Below are positions 39,545 to 64,000 of a DNA stretch of 64,000 bases, piece by piece. Every line of letters begins with the position of its first letter. Position 1 is the first letter of the stretch. Source of the stretch: Hydrolagus colliei. Taxonomy: Eukaryota. The DNA is taken from assembly GCA_035084275.1 (NCBI GenBank), contig CM068768.1, positions 8,184,001-8,248,000 on the forward strand, read 5' to 3'. The position numbers and the translations under genes were made by a program. Below the pieces are notes generated by a model, which ran no database searches, was not told the DNA's origin, and was given only the letters and a program-made list of their open reading frames with translations.

Positions 39545-39665
39545 AGTGGGTGTATTGAGTGCGTTTGTGTGCGCCAGTGTGCGTTGAGTCGAGTGTGTAT
39601 TGAGCGAGCGCGTGTTGAGTGAGCGTGTGTTGAGTGACCGTGCGTTGAGTGAGTGTGTGTGTGTG
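39545..39665. repeat. Degenerate ~15-bp minisatellite (gcgtgtgttgagtga)
   Basis: ttgagt core repeated about six times. Confidence 0.7.
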
Positions 39666-40654
39666 TGGTGCATCTGCACAAAACACAGAGCAGGTTAACC
39701 TGTCTCTAGCCCCCAGCACCTCTCAGCTAGTTGCTTTATCGCCCTGTCCTGTAAGATACTAATACAACCCTGACGCCCTAAAATTTATTGTCTGTTGGGA
39801 ACGGCTGACAGTCAAATCAGTCGTCAATACTACTGACCCTTCTCCCCCGGCGATAGCAATAATAACACCACCACCACTACTAATAATAATCTCGCATTCC
39901 ACCCAGCCAGCGCCTGGCCGCGCCTTCGAGACGTCTCAAAGCAGAACGCGCCGTTCTGGCGCGCGAATCGACTGCGTATTTGTGTGGGGGCAAAACGCGG
40001 GCAGCTGACTGATTGGGAGTGGAATGATAGCTAACTCACTGACTGTGAGCATCTGTGGGGGAAGGCTGCTGGGGGTGGTGGTGGGGGGGGGGAGTGTGTG
40101 TGTGTATAAGAGCGATGGCAGCAGATTCCAAGGGAGCAGAAGTTTCGTAGTGGGGGGGGGGGGGGGGGGGGGAGGTTGGCACTGGAATTCTCCCCTCCCT
40201 AACCCTCGCCACTCGCCTCATCACCCAGCCCTAAGCCAGCCCTGATGAGGTTTCCAGCCTCCACTCATGCCTGAAACCCAGTCACTGCGTTTCCCATTAC
40301 AGTGCCTGTGCGGCGGAATAGGGGGAAAGCTGTTGGTGGTGTGGAGGAACGATGCCTGTGTTTGTGTGTGTGCGTGTGTGTGCATGTGTGTGTGTGTGGC
40401 CTCGGCAGATACCACGGGCCTCGTCAGCATTACCGCCCTCCCTCACACCATTTTAAAACAGCCTCGGGTTTAACAGAGGTACAGAGATTGTTCGGGAAGG
40501 GAATTTTTAAATATACAATAATATATGTATATATATATATAAAATACACGAGGACAGAGACATGAGGTCAGTCAAAACTCTAGCATCAGGGGGTGAAGCG
40601 CTGGGATAGAGGAGACAAATGTAACAAACTGGAGGGGAGCATTTGTGTGTGTAC

Positions 40655-40750
40655 TGTATATATATATACACACATACGTGTGTGTACGTGTGTGTGTACA
40701 CATGTGTGTGTACATGTGTGTATGTATGTGCTAGTGTGTCTGTACACACA
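40655..40750. repeat. Alternating purine-pyrimidine (TA/CA/TG) tract
   Basis: tatatatatacacacatacgtgtgtgtacgtgtg... Confidence 0.8.
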
Positions 40751-41423
40751 TGAGTGTGCCTGCGCATGCAAAGTCTGAACGTGTGTTTTTGTATTCCTTT
40801 TAAAAAACATTTTCTCAGTTTCAACAAAAGGAAATATGGACACACGCACACACACACACCAAAGCTCGTTACCAGTATAACTCACTAACTCGCTCACTAA
40901 CTCACTAACTAACCGGGAACCACGGAGTAGCAATTAACAGTGGGCTGTGAGATTCAGCTGCGCTCACTGAGAGAAGCATCGAGTGCTGCCAAACTACTCC
41001 ACGCACATTAATGTGACCCCCCTCTCCCCCACCCCCCCTCCCAGGCTGTACTTTGTCACTTAAGCACATGAGGTACCAGCTGGTGAGGAGAGGAGGAGGG
41101 GTAGGGGTGGGGGGGAGAGGGAGGTGAGGTGAGGGAGAGAAGGGAGGGGAGTGTCTCGTACGTACACCACCATCATTCTCTAACCGTCAAAAAACAGAGA
41201 AAGGCACATCGGAAACCTTTTATCAGATGAGAATTTCCCCTCGTTTTCTCTCTCTCTCTCTCTCTGTCACTCTCTCTTCCCCCACCTACCCCAGCGATTG
41301 CACTCAGGGCCTCTATCCCGCACGTCTCTCTCTCTCTCTGTCTGTGTCTGTTGTCCCGGCTGATGATTAAGCGGTAATTTCCTCAGGCGATAATTAAAGG
41401 GTTGGTCCTCGCAGGCGCCAGGG

Positions 41424-64000
<22,577 letters not shown>

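Overview
Eukaryotic, intron-rich vertebrate genomic DNA, most likely a cartilaginous fish (chimaera/elephant-shark-like, inferred from the shark-type tRNA/Deu/L2-tail SINE and the CR1/L2 content). Almost every ORF in the six-frame track is spurious; the real coding content is two spliced genes reconstructed by hand from splice sites and phases. (1) A complete ATP6V0A1 (V-ATPase V0 subunit a1) on +: promoter ~2740-3150 with five CLEAR (TFEB/TFE3/MITF) E-boxes, 20 constitutive coding exons 5447-31907 (833 aa core), an alternative acceptor adding AELHHQQ, an 18-nt microexon (LAEVEV) and one GC-AG intron. (2) The 3' part of BRCA1 on - (giant exon-11 equivalent running off the right edge, coiled coil, tandem BRCT, stop at 41424), convergent with ATP6V0A1, stop codons ~9.5 kb apart across a 200-N gap. 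The rest is dense retroposon debris (tRNA-derived SINEs, L2 and CR1 3' ends), a hAT-Charlie-type MITE and simple repeats. I found no rRNA, true tRNA, CRISPR or convincing new multi-gene system; the best leads are splicing/regulatory: the CLEAR array, the microexon, conserved NAGNAG acceptors, an IRIS-like BRCA1 intron read-through fused in frame to an L2 remnant, a perfect 54-bp palindrome, inverted SINE pairs around exons and a 7-kb SINE-free intron. Human exon sizes and motifs cited are from memory and should be verified by alignment.
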